Shown: positions 11,241 to 21,144 of the stretch, in pieces
How positions within the stretch are numbered: the stretch's first letter is position 1
Layout of the letters: the number at the start of each line of letters is the position of its first letter
Assembly: GCA_036630325.1 (NCBI GenBank)
Contig: CP142737.1
Location: forward strand, 868,001 to 932,000
DNA from: Vairimorpha necatrix
Taxonomy: Eukaryota
DNA: 64,000 bases
Direction: 5' to 3'
The notes under the pieces: model-generated
The model's input: the letters and a program-made list of their open reading frames with translations, nothing else
Told to the model about the DNA's origin: nothing
Databases searched by the model: none
Program-made: the position numbers and the translations under genes

Positions 11241-11533
11241 AAATAAAACTTTGGCGATTTATATTTGGGCAAATTGAATCTTAGAAAAGATAAAGAAATT
11301 ACACAATATTTTTGCAATTTTGATCAAGAATCTGTTAAGACACTTAAAGAGATATAATGTTTTATAGATCTCAAAATATATTTTAATCATAAAATTGTTC
11401 TTATGTAGATTTCTTTCATATATGAAGTTTATAAATTTGAAATCATAATTTTTAGTCGAATTTAATGACTTACAATGTGTCATCTGAGTGTACTAATTTA
11501 TAATCATAAAATAAAGTAAACTCTAAAAATAAT

Positions 11534-11606
11534 AAATGCATAAATTTAAAATGCATGAATTTAAAATGCATGAATTTAAAATGCATAAATTTGAAATGCA
11601 TAAATT
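11534..11606. repeat. 15-bp tandem repeat, about 5 copies
   Basis: aaatgcat(a/g)aattt(a/g) repeated. Confidence 0.9.
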
Positions 11607-11693
11607 CCCATGGCCAAAGTTGTAAATAAAAAGAAGTCAAAAAGTAAAAAATATAAAATGGCTATGAAAATGTTAATTGATGATAGAGATAAA

Positions 11694-12763
11694 GGCTAAA
11701 ATCAGCTTTAGTGTAAAAAAACTGGGGGGGTCAAAATTTTTAAAAAATTGCCCCTTTTTTTAAAAAACGAAGGGAATGCTGAGTAAAGAAGAAATTGAAG
11801 ATTTTTATGAACATCTGCTAAGAAAGAAATATAAACAGAAATGTTCAATTTGTGGCTGGGATACATCTAGAGTATCTAACGAAACATTTTATTTGAGATG
11901 TAAATTTCCCAAATGCGGCCAAAGATTTTCAATTTGGAATAATACTCTATTTTCAAATAGTAAGATAGATCATATTCTTATGCTGAAAATTGTAAATCTA
12001 TGGACAATGGGACTTAAAATAGCGCATATTTCTAAAATTTTGGACTGTAATATGCAAAATGTAAGTGCTACACTTGAGAAATTATATAAATTAAAAATTT
12101 ATGAAAAATATATAAATAAAACAAAACAAATAGGAGGCGAAAATATCATAGTGGAGATCGACGAAAGTAAAATAGGTAAGAATAAATACCACAGGGGAAA
12201 ATTAGTTAAAGGATTTTGGTGTTTTGGGATGGTAGAAAGAACAACAGAAAAGAAGATAATATTTGTCATAATAAATAAAAGAAACAAGGATACATTGCTG
12301 CCGATCTTATTTAAGCATGTAAATTTGAAATCTATCATTCATTCCGATATGTGGAAGGCCTATATAACGTTAAAAAGCCATTACGCGGACCATAGAACTG
12401 TAAATCACAGTCAAACATTTAGAGACAGAGAGACAGGTGTGCATACAAACACCATCGAAGGAAATTGGAGGTCTTTAAAAGCCTCTATACCCAATAGGTG
12501 TAGAACATATGAATTTGCTGAAATATATTTAGTTCTATATATGATTAAAAGAAATGAGAGCGAAGACATCTTCAAAGCATTATTAAAATTATGTTTTTGA
12601 TATATTTTATTTATTTTAAAGTTAATTTTCATGCATTTTTATATCTTAATTATATTTTATTTTTTTTCTGAAGTTTTCTCTTCCCTTCGTTTTTTAAAAA
12701 AAGGGGCAATTTTTTAAAAATTTTGACCCCCCCAGTTTTTTTACACTAAAGCTGATTTTAGCC
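11694..12763 (+). mobile_element. Intact Merlin (IS1595/ISXO2-like) DNA transposon
   Basis: 83-bp TIRs (11694-11776 and 12681-12763) with GG...CC termini; 8-bp TSD GAGATAAA at 11686-11693 and 12764-12771. Confidence 0.95.
11776..12600 (+). CDS. Merlin/IS1595-family DDE transposase
   Basis: Zn ribbon CSIC...CKFPKC; VEIDES, IHSDMWKAY and VHTNTIEGNW motifs; open frame of 274 aa. Confidence 0.95.
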   Translation: MLSKEEIEDFYEHLLRKKYKQKCSICGWDTSRVSNETFYLRCKFPKCGQRFSIWNNTLFSNSKIDHILMLKIVNLWTMGLKIAHISKILDCNMQNVSATLEKLYKLKIYEKYINKTKQIGGENIIVEIDESKIGKNKYHRGKLVKGFWCFGMVERTTEKKIIFVIINKRNKDTLLPILFKHVNLKSIIHSDMWKAYITLKSHYADHRTVNHSQTFRDRETGVHTNTIEGNWRSLKASIPNRCRTYEFAEIYLVLYMIKRNESEDIFKALLKLCF

Positions 12764-12964
12764 GAGATAAATTATTAAAGAGAATTGAAGAGATGGAAAT
12801 TTATTATCTCGATAAGATTAAGTTTTATAAAGACCAGGAGATTTCTAAGATTCAAGGGATCCAAGAAGACAATGAAGAAATAAATCTAAGATATTTGGAA
12901 CTTCTCAAAAAGACCCAAGAAAAACAGCCCAAATAAATTTACAAATATGCATTTTTTATATACT

Positions 12965-13024
12965 TATTATCATATATGTATTTATTATCATATATGTATT
13001 TATTATCATATATGTATTTATTAT
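12965..13024. repeat. 18-bp tandem repeat, about 3 copies
   Basis: ttattatcatatatgtat repeated. Confidence 0.8.
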
Positions 13025-13211
13025 ACATATTAAATACAATACATAAATATTTAATAATATACATATTAAATATATTAAATTAGTTTTTTTCTGTTTAGAA
13101 AAATATGTCACTTTTTTTTGATATTATCATTTACAATAAACTCCTTTAAAAAAAGGAAAAAAAATAAATTCATTTTGAATATTTAAATTTCTAAAAAAGA
13201 GGGGTTAGAAA

Positions 13212-14345
13212 ATGGTAAGTGTAACTAACAGCGATTATAATTTACAGTTTAAAGAAGACAGTGAAGATGAATTTTTAGAAAAAGGGAATAATGAGAACGA
13301 AGTCAATTCTCTGAAGCTTAGTAAGTTCGTCGAGGAGGATTTTTACTCTCCCCACTTGAATCATAAAAATGACGATGATGGGAAATATCGTATAATAAAT
13401 AAAAAGAAGAAAGATAAAAAAAGAAAAAAGAGAAATGATGAGAACAGAAGGCTGAGTACCAGGAAAATTGTAAATTTGCCTGCTTCTCAGCCTTACACAA
13501 GATTTATTGACGGGGAACATAGACTGTGTTTTAAATATAATACAAAGATAAGTGACGCAGTACTGAGTTCCATGCCTAAGACGGATCTGGAAGATAATGA
13601 ATTCTGTATCAGATTTGATATTGAGAATGTGGATATTTGTAAGTTAAATGAGAAATTTAAAGCTGACAATTGTGTCTACCCAAGGGCGAATTTGCCCTAT
13701 GAAATGTATGTAGGAAATAGGTGGGAATACGAGACTGAGTGTAACAGGCTGGCCTGGGCATTCGTCTCTTTAAATCCTGTACTTTTATATGGGAAAAAGG
13801 GACTAATACAAAGGGCTGTAGATTCTTATAGAAATATTAATAAACAAAATAGGAACAGGATCTTGACTAGTAATGATAAATTCCCTTCTGATTTCGACAA
13901 GAGGCGACATGCTTCTTTACCTCCTTCTTCTGTCACTATAAATTGGGTCACTAAAGGAATAAAAAAGAAGTGTAAAATCTTAGTGAACATTGACTGTGTG
14001 AACTATGAGAAGATTGACGAAGAGTTCAAGTCTAAATATTCCGTCTTTATGGATGATTTTGATGATCGATCTTTTGGTCTCAGTAAATACGAGAGTAAAA
14101 ATAAAGACAACGAGTTGGCAGTCAAGATCGCCTTTCTTAATGTGGAAAATATGTCATTCTGGAATGCCATCAAGACACTGGACAAGACTACTGTACTAAA
14201 GCGGGCTATTGAAGCTTATAAAGCGAAGAAGGAAGAGTGTGTGTCATCTGAAGATGACACAGATGCATCTGATCTGGTAAGTAAAGCATTGGAAGAAAAT
14301 AGTGATGATGTGGAGAACTTCCTTCTGATGGGTGATGAATTATAA
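13212..14345 (+). CDS. Conserved fungal-type hypothetical protein with a duplicated domain (recalled as DUF8032-like)
   Basis: 377 aa; NCVYPRA...GNRWEYETECN..AW....LNP.L.GKKGLIQRAVDSYRN motif, a degenerate second copy in the C-terminal half, and a basic NLS-like stretch. Confidence 0.7.
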   Translation: MVSVTNSDYNLQFKEDSEDEFLEKGNNENEVNSLKLSKFVEEDFYSPHLNHKNDDDGKYRIINKKKKDKKRKKRNDENRRLSTRKIVNLPASQPYTRFIDGEHRLCFKYNTKISDAVLSSMPKTDLEDNEFCIRFDIENVDICKLNEKFKADNCVYPRANLPYEMYVGNRWEYETECNRLAWAFVSLNPVLLYGKKGLIQRAVDSYRNINKQNRNRILTSNDKFPSDFDKRRHASLPPSSVTINWVTKGIKKKCKILVNIDCVNYEKIDEEFKSKYSVFMDDFDDRSFGLSKYESKNKDNELAVKIAFLNVENMSFWNAIKTLDKTTVLKRAIEAYKAKKEECVSSEDDTDASDLVSKALEENSDDVENFLLMGDEL

Positions 14346-14771
14346 AATATTGTATTATGCAATAATAAAAATTCTTAATTATTTATATTTAAATAAGATT
14401 ACCCTTAATTTATTTACAGGCATTTTTAAATTATTATTGTCAAGAAAATTTACAATATATTAGATATTATAAATATGAGTATATACTATAAAAAAATTGC
14501 ATCTTAATTTATTTAATTTTATTTTTTTTTATTAGATTTATAGTTATTCTGCTTTGGATATTTTATAAAAAAAAGGGGGCTTGTTTTAAAAAGAAATTTT
14601 ATTTTGGGGGCAAATGAGTAGAAAATATGTTGAAGCCGATCCCCGATCCTGTAAAAATATAAATTTGGTTGTGCTTGAAACATTTAAAATTTACTATCAT
14701 TTTCCATATTTACTTTTTTTCCATATTTGCTTTTTTTCCTTTTTTTTCCTTTTATTTTTTTTCACCCTCAA

Positions 14772-15971
14772 ATGAAAATGAGTGACGACGAATTGATCGA
14801 ATATCGTGAAGATCTACAAAATTTTAAGAAAACTCAACCTAAAATCAAGTCATCAGCCCAATTCAAAGATTTTTTACTACGTGACGAACTCATGGAATCT
14901 ATAAAAGATGCCGCCTTTGAACACCCCAGTGAAGTCCAACAAATGGCCATACCAAAAGCAATTCTAGGCCAGGACATTTTATGTCAAGCAAAAAGTGGTA
15001 CTGGTAAAACAGCCGTCTTTGTTTTGTCAACTTTACAACAACTAAAAGTTGTAGACAAAGAAACTGTCATTTTAGTAATTGTCCATACTAAAGAAATGGC
15101 AGAACAAGTCAAGATGGAATATTTAAGATTTGGTAAGAAAATGGAAAATGTCACTGTAGGAGCAGTTTATGGCGGGAATGATATCGAAGAAGATATCAAA
15201 TTATTAAGCTCGTCTTCTCCTTCTGTACTAGTTGGTACTCCAGGGAGACTGGCAGAAATTGTAAGACGCCGTGCTTTGAATTTAAAACATGTCAAATATT
15301 TCGTAATGGACGAATGTGACAAAGTAATAGGAGATCTTGAAATGAGAAATGATACACAAGAAATATTTGTCAATACTCCGAGGAATAAACAGACACTAAT
15401 GTTTACTGCCACTTTGAACGAATATACTACTGTAGAATGTAAAAGATTCCTTGATAATCCATTTATCGTCAAAGTCGACGACGAGTCAAAATTAACTCTT
15501 TACGGGTTAAAACAGTCTTATTTGGAAGTAGACCAGAAGGAAAAACTTAACAGACTCGCCGACTTACTAAATTCCACTACATACAATCAGGCAATCATTT
15601 TTACTGCTAGTAAAATTATGCCTGTTAAAATATGCGATTTTTTGAAAAATAAAGGACTAGTCGTCATGGACTTGCACGCAGGACTAAAATCTACAGAAAG
15701 AAAAGAGAGACTTGTTAAATTTAAGAAATATGAATATAGAATTATGGTCACTACTGACTTAATGTCTAGGGGGATTGATGTACAAGATGTGAATTTTGTG
15801 ATAAATTATGATATGCCAGATTCGCCTGAAACTTATCTACATAGAGTCGGACGAGCTGGGAGATTTGAGACTGAAGGGCAAGCTGTGTCATTTATTTGTA
15901 GTGAGGAAGATAGTATAAAACTTAATGAGATACAAAGCAGATTTGAAATATCAATAAGTAAAATTGAATAA
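14772..15971 (+). CDS. SUB2: DECD-box RNA helicase UAP56/Sub2
   Basis: FEHPSEVQ, QAKSGTGKTAVFVL, DECD, LTLYGLKQ and HRVGRAGRF motifs; likely ATG 14772 after CCCTCA. Confidence 0.92.
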   Translation: MKMSDDELIEYREDLQNFKKTQPKIKSSAQFKDFLLRDELMESIKDAAFEHPSEVQQMAIPKAILGQDILCQAKSGTGKTAVFVLSTLQQLKVVDKETVILVIVHTKEMAEQVKMEYLRFGKKMENVTVGAVYGGNDIEEDIKLLSSSSPSVLVGTPGRLAEIVRRRALNLKHVKYFVMDECDKVIGDLEMRNDTQEIFVNTPRNKQTLMFTATLNEYTTVECKRFLDNPFIVKVDDESKLTLYGLKQSYLEVDQKEKLNRLADLLNSTTYNQAIIFTASKIMPVKICDFLKNKGLVVMDLHAGLKSTERKERLVKFKKYEYRIMVTTDLMSRGIDVQDVNFVINYDMPDSPETYLHRVGRAGRFETEGQAVSFICSEEDSIKLNEIQSRFEISISKIE

Positions 15972-15991
15972 AAAATATTGAATTTTGACAT

Positions 15992-15992
<1 letters not shown>

Positions 15993-16022
<30 letters not shown>
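15993..16022 (+). repeat. (TCA)10 microsatellite at the 5' boundary of the Helitron array
   Basis: Ten TCA units; the last one is the Helitron 5' TCA. Confidence 0.95.
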
Positions 16023-16023
<1 letters not shown>

Positions 16024-19000
16024 ATATATAAAAGAATTTTATTTAATTTTTTACCCCTAAAACTCAAAAAAAGAGAAAATTTAAAATGATAAAATTTTTG
16101 TTTTAAAACAAAATTAAATGCTTTCACTGTATTTTATAGACAATTTTAGATCAGATACGTTATTTACATTTTATTTATAAATCATTTTCGAAATGCTTAG
16201 AAATATGATTTTCTCCTTTTTAATTTCTTCCTTTTAGAGAATGAAAACAAAAATAATATGAAACAAAATGTAGAAAAAATTTGTTACTAATGTGTGAAAT
16301 TAACTCAATTGGATTAAAATTTGTTACTGAATTAACTTTACCACTGCTATGTTGATTCAATAATAATACTTAACTTCTAAAAATCACATTTGCTCCTTTT
16401 TAATTCTTCCTACCAGAAATGGAAAATCAAAAATCAAAACAAGAAACAAACATTAAAAAGATGATTTACAAACATTAGAAATTTATCAACTGAATAACAA
16501 ACTCAATTAATTTTTATTTAGACTAATATCAATTCTATTTATTAAAAAATCATAGTCTCATTTTTGTTTTCTTCTTTCCCAAAATGGAATTTCAAAAACT
16601 ATAAATACTTTTTTTTTCTTTACCCCCATTATGTTTACGAAAAATCAAACAAATTGCGATTTTAGTGAACAACCAAAAGCAACTATCACTATCTCTCAGG
16701 AGATAAGTTATAATACAGAAAATGACAATGTTATTTTCTATGGGGCCAATGCCTCTGTACATAACACAAAAAATAAAAAAACAAATGTCGGAGAAACAAA
16801 AAAAAGGAATTTTATATTCAGTTTCTCTGGCGAAAACAAAATACCATCCAACCCAACAAACAACACAGAAAAAACAGCTAGATTAACTGATAACACAAAT
16901 ATGGAAACTTTGACGGAGATTCTAGATATAGCTTGCAGAAAAAGAAAGAGAAACCATGCCGAACATTATTGTGGAGATCTCAAAGAAGAATGTGGCTTTT
17001 GTGGTGCATTACATTTTGCAGGAGAAGCAAGCAGTAATGGATTATACAAAAGCTGCTGTCATTTTGGGAAAGTTAAATTACAAAGAACAAGAGACTTTCC
17101 AGATGACATAAGGAATTTATTCATTGGAAAAGATAAAGATGCAAAAAACTTCAGAGAAAATATTAGATCTTACAATGCTGCTCTTTCTTTTGCTTCTCTT
17201 GGTGCTCAAATTGAGTCCATAAGTAATGGACCATATGTTTTTAAAATACATGGTCAAGTGTATCATAACACTTATAATGTAAATAATATGGACTCTAATG
17301 CACCAAAGAAGTATGCTCAATTATATGTAGTAGATAGTGATATGGCCAATGCTCAAAGAATGATGAATCTATCTAACAGAAATTGTGATATTAATATCAT
17401 GAGCAAATTAGATGGATTCATAAGATCAGCAAACCCATATTCCGATGCATACAAGAATATGTCTGAAGTAATAAAGGAGCAAAAGGAGATGGGAAAAGAA
17501 GTTAAAGACATTTCTATGGTCTTTAATAAGAATTTAGATAGAGATCAGAGAAGGTATAATGCTCCCTCTACAAGTGAAATCGCAATGATTTTTACTGATC
17601 CAAATGGAGAACCACCATTTGAAAGGGACATTAAAGTATATAGCAAGGGTCTTAATTCTGATAATTTACACTTGGATATTTTAAGTCCCCATCTAGATCC
17701 AATGACATATACTCTCTTCTATCCACACGGGGAAGCTGGATGGAATGCAAATTTGAGGGCCGAATCTTATCATGGAGAGGCACAGAAGATATCTTTGTTA
17801 CAATACAAAGTAGCACAGATATCCATAAGAAATGATAGATTCAACCCTTTGCTTTATGGAGGAAAGTTATTTCAACAATGGATTGTAGATTCATATCTAC
17901 AAGTAGAAGCAAATAATTTAAACTTCATAAAATCAAATCAAAAGAAGTTGAGGGTAGATCTTTACAAAGGTTTGGTAGATTATGTAAATAATGGGTCAGA
18001 AAGTTCTGCCAAGCCCGTGATCTTACCATCAAGTTTTCAAGGATCTCCAAGAAATATGAGAGAGAGATACCATGATGCAATGTCAATTGTAAGAAATTTC
18101 GGCAAGCCCGATCTTTTTATAACTATGACTTGCAATCCCAAATGGAAGGAGATTAATGAGAATCTATTTGAGGGACAGACAGCAGTTGATAGACCAGATT
18201 TGGTAGCAAAGGTCTTTAACTTAAAGTTGAAAAGTATGATGGAAGAGATTTTGGCAGGAAGAGTGTTTGGGGAAGTCGTGGCTCATGTCTATTCTATTGA
18301 GTTTCAAAAACGTGGACTTCCTCATGCACATATATTGATAATGTTAAAGGACAAGATTCGGGATGAAAATATGATAGATAAGTTTGTAAGTGCAGAAATA
18401 CCATCGCCCATGGAAAATGAAGTGTTACACGCCTGTGTAACAAAACATATGATTCATGGACCATGTGGACTAAGTAACTTGACAAGTCCATGTATGGAAA
18501 ATGGTCTCTGCACTAAGGAATATCCTAAGGAACATAATACTGAAACAAGGATCAATAAAGACGGATATCCTGAGTACAGACGATCTAGAGGGGCCGAGTA
18601 CAATGTAAGGGGCAACATTGTTACTAATGCTAACGTGGTCCCTTATAATGCTTATCTACTTGAAAAATACAATTGTCATATCAATGTAGAAGTTTGTACT
18701 TCTATCAAGTCAGTAAAGTATATTTTCAAATATATTTACAAGGGATTTGATTGTGCTGAAATGAGAATAACTGACAACAATGAAATTGATCATTTTGTGA
18801 ATTCCAGATATGTCTCAGCACCAGAGGCTACCTGGAGATTAATGGAATACAAGATGCATGGAAGATCTCATAAGATCCATAGACTTCCTGTGCATCTTCC
18901 ACAAGAACAATTGATCACTTTCGAAGAAGGCAGAGAAGAGGAAGCCGTTAGATTGTCCGATCTTAGACAGACTCCTCTTTTAGCCTACTTCAAATTGAAT

Positions 19001-21144
19001 GAAGTTGATGAAGGAGCACATCGATTTTCGTATAGTGAGATACCCTATCACTATACATATAAAAGGGGAGAATGGATTAGTAGAAAGAATAAGTATAGTA
19101 AGATAATTACTAGACTTTATTCTGTATCTCCAATAGAGAAGGAAAGATTTAGCCTCAGAGTTCTATTGATCAATGTAAAGGGGGCTAAGTCATATGAGGA
19201 TTTGAGAACTGTAAATGGTGTAGTTTACAGTTCTTTCGCAGAGGCGGTGGAAGAAAGAGGACTTCTTCAAGATGATAAAGAATGGGAAAGGGCTTTGGAT
19301 GAGGCTGTATCAACCGAGTCCCCATCAATAATAAGAGCATTGTTTGGATATATTTGTGCTTTCAATGAGCCTAAAAATACCAAAGAACTCTTTGAGAAGT
19401 ATCTTGGAGATATGTCTGAAGATCTAGATCAGAATAGTAGAGACGAAATATTAAGTAGATTAAAAGATATAGTTAATGCTCATGGATGGAGCTTAAATGC
19501 TCTGGGTTTAGATGAGCCGATTAACTATATCAAGAATGAAAGAGCCGTCTTTGATAATGAACAAGATCTAGATCAGATGATATCCTCTTTGAATGAAAAC
19601 CAGAGAAATGCCTTTGATATAATTACAGATAATATAGATAAAAGAGGCAATTTATTCTTTTTAGATGGACCAGCTGGATCAGGAAAGACATATTTATATA
19701 ATGTCCTGATCGAGTATCTAAGTAAGAGTAAAAAATCTTCAATACAGATGGCAACCACAGGTATTGCTGCAGATTTATTAAAGGATGGAAGAACAATGCA
19801 TAGTTGTATGAAACTTCCTGTTCCTTTGACAGAGACCAGCGTATCTAGACTAAAGCAAAATACTCCAGAAGCAGAGAGAATAATAAAGGCCTCTTTATTG
19901 CTAATAGATGAAGTTTCGATGATGTCAAAACATGCATTGAACGCAATAGATGAGGTGCTTAAAAGACTCTGTGACAATGATGATATCTTTGGAGGGAAAA
20001 CTCTATTGTTGGGTGGTGACTTTAGACAGACATCAACCATTGTAATGAAGGGTACTCCAAATGATATCATCGAGAACTCATTAATTAGTTCAAGACTTTG
20101 GGTACATGTCTGTGTACTAAAGCTTGAAACGAACATGAGATCTTATAATCAATTGGAGTTTAATAAGTGGTTGTTAGATATAGGTGAGGGGCGTACTAGA
20201 GATAGTAAAGGATGTGTGGAGATACCCAAAGAATATCTTGAAGAAGGGGACATAGTCGATAGCATTTTTGGAACAATCAAAATTGAAGCAGGTGATGATT
20301 CTTTGTTTGATAAGATTATCTTAACGAGCAAAAATGAACATGCAAATGAATTGAATGCCAAAGTGTTAAACCTACTTAATGGATCTTCTAGGGTATATGT
20401 GAGTTCTGATGCTATAGAATCAGAGGATATCGAAGAACAACTGAGATTTCCTCTTGAGTTCTTGAACATGCAACAGCCATCAGGACTACCTCCACATAAG
20501 TTAATATTGAAGACAGGGGCAATAGTGATGTTGTTACGCAATATTGATCCTAAGAATGGATTATTAAATGGGACCAGATTGAAGATAAAAGGTCTTAAAG
20601 ATAATTACATCTTAGGTGAAATAATAACAGGAAGGGGAAGGGGCACCCTTGCTGTTATACCAAAGATAGACATGATGCCAAGTGACACTCTTCTTCCGTT
20701 TGTACTTAAAAGAAGACAGTTTCCTGTGGTATTGTCATATGCGATGACAATACATAAAGCACAGGGACAGTCTTTTGACAAAGTGGGAGTGTATTTGCCT
20801 GAGGATGTATTTTCTCATGGTCAATTATACGTAGCATTGTCAAGAGTGAAGAAGAGTGAAAACTTGAGAGTCAAGTTGGGGGGAAACGGGGGCAATGTCA
20901 AAAATGTAGTTCTACGTGAACTAATTGGCCCATAAGAGCCAAGAGATGGAGAAATGCGCCGTGAGCGTACAAGCACTATGCCATTTTTCTTCCAATAAGG
21001 ATGAGATAAAAGATGATAAAATGCGCCGTGAGCGTACAAAAACTATGCCATTTTTTTAAAGAATAAATATAATGTGAAAAAATTAAAACATGTAACCATG
21101 CAAACACAAACAACCCGTTCTCAGAACGGGTGTGCATACGCTAG
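16020..21144 (+). mobile_element. Autonomous Helitron copy 1
   Basis: 5' TCATATATATAAAAG; 3' hairpin cccgttctcagaacggg (21114-21130) and CTAG terminus (21141-21144); encodes RepHel. Confidence 0.95.
16631..20935 (+). CDS. Helitron RepHel (Zn finger, HUH Rep, PIF1-family helicase)
   Basis: CGFCGALHF..CCHFGKV; LFITMTCNP; EFQKRGLPHAHIL; KYIFKYIYKG; GPAGSGKT; IDEVSM; GDFRQ; TIHKAQGQS; HGQLYVALSRV. Confidence 0.97.
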   Translation: MFTKNQTNCDFSEQPKATITISQEISYNTENDNVIFYGANASVHNTKNKKTNVGETKKRNFIFSFSGENKIPSNPTNNTEKTARLTDNTNMETLTEILDIACRKRKRNHAEHYCGDLKEECGFCGALHFAGEASSNGLYKSCCHFGKVKLQRTRDFPDDIRNLFIGKDKDAKNFRENIRSYNAALSFASLGAQIESISNGPYVFKIHGQVYHNTYNVNNMDSNAPKKYAQLYVVDSDMANAQRMMNLSNRNCDINIMSKLDGFIRSANPYSDAYKNMSEVIKEQKEMGKEVKDISMVFNKNLDRDQRRYNAPSTSEIAMIFTDPNGEPPFERDIKVYSKGLNSDNLHLDILSPHLDPMTYTLFYPHGEAGWNANLRAESYHGEAQKISLLQYKVAQISIRNDRFNPLLYGGKLFQQWIVDSYLQVEANNLNFIKSNQKKLRVDLYKGLVDYVNNGSESSAKPVILPSSFQGSPRNMRERYHDAMSIVRNFGKPDLFITMTCNPKWKEINENLFEGQTAVDRPDLVAKVFNLKLKSMMEEILAGRVFGEVVAHVYSIEFQKRGLPHAHILIMLKDKIRDENMIDKFVSAEIPSPMENEVLHACVTKHMIHGPCGLSNLTSPCMENGLCTKEYPKEHNTETRINKDGYPEYRRSRGAEYNVRGNIVTNANVVPYNAYLLEKYNCHINVEVCTSIKSVKYIFKYIYKGFDCAEMRITDNNEIDHFVNSRYVSAPEATWRLMEYKMHGRSHKIHRLPVHLPQEQLITFEEGREEEAVRLSDLRQTPLLAYFKLNEVDEGAHRFSYSEIPYHYTYKRGEWISRKNKYSKIITRLYSVSPIEKERFSLRVLLINVKGAKSYEDLRTVNGVVYSSFAEAVEERGLLQDDKEWERALDEAVSTESPSIIRALFGYICAFNEPKNTKELFEKYLGDMSEDLDQNSRDEILSRLKDIVNAHGWSLNALGLDEPINYIKNERAVFDNEQDLDQMISSLNENQRNAFDIITDNIDKRGNLFFLDGPAGSGKTYLYNVLIEYLSKSKKSSIQMATTGIAADLLKDGRTMHSCMKLPVPLTETSVSRLKQNTPEAERIIKASLLLIDEVSMMSKHALNAIDEVLKRLCDNDDIFGGKTLLLGGDFRQTSTIVMKGTPNDIIENSLISSRLWVHVCVLKLETNMRSYNQLEFNKWLLDIGEGRTRDSKGCVEIPKEYLEEGDIVDSIFGTIKIEAGDDSLFDKIILTSKNEHANELNAKVLNLLNGSSRVYVSSDAIESEDIEEQLRFPLEFLNMQQPSGLPPHKLILKTGAIVMLLRNIDPKNGLLNGTRLKIKGLKDNYILGEIITGRGRGTLAVIPKIDMMPSDTLLPFVLKRRQFPVVLSYAMTIHKAQGQSFDKVGVYLPEDVFSHGQLYVALSRVKKSENLRVKLGGNGGNVKNVVLRELIGP

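Noticed and set aside
11776-12600. Bacterial IS1595 contamination
   Set aside because: It is embedded with a TSD between eukaryotic genes, and related elements occur elsewhere in the window; this is the eukaryotic Merlin superfamily.
19573-20541. Long antisense ORFs (187 and 130 aa) present in both Helitrons
   Set aside because: They are shadows of the RepHel frame in near-identical sequence, with no recognisable motifs.
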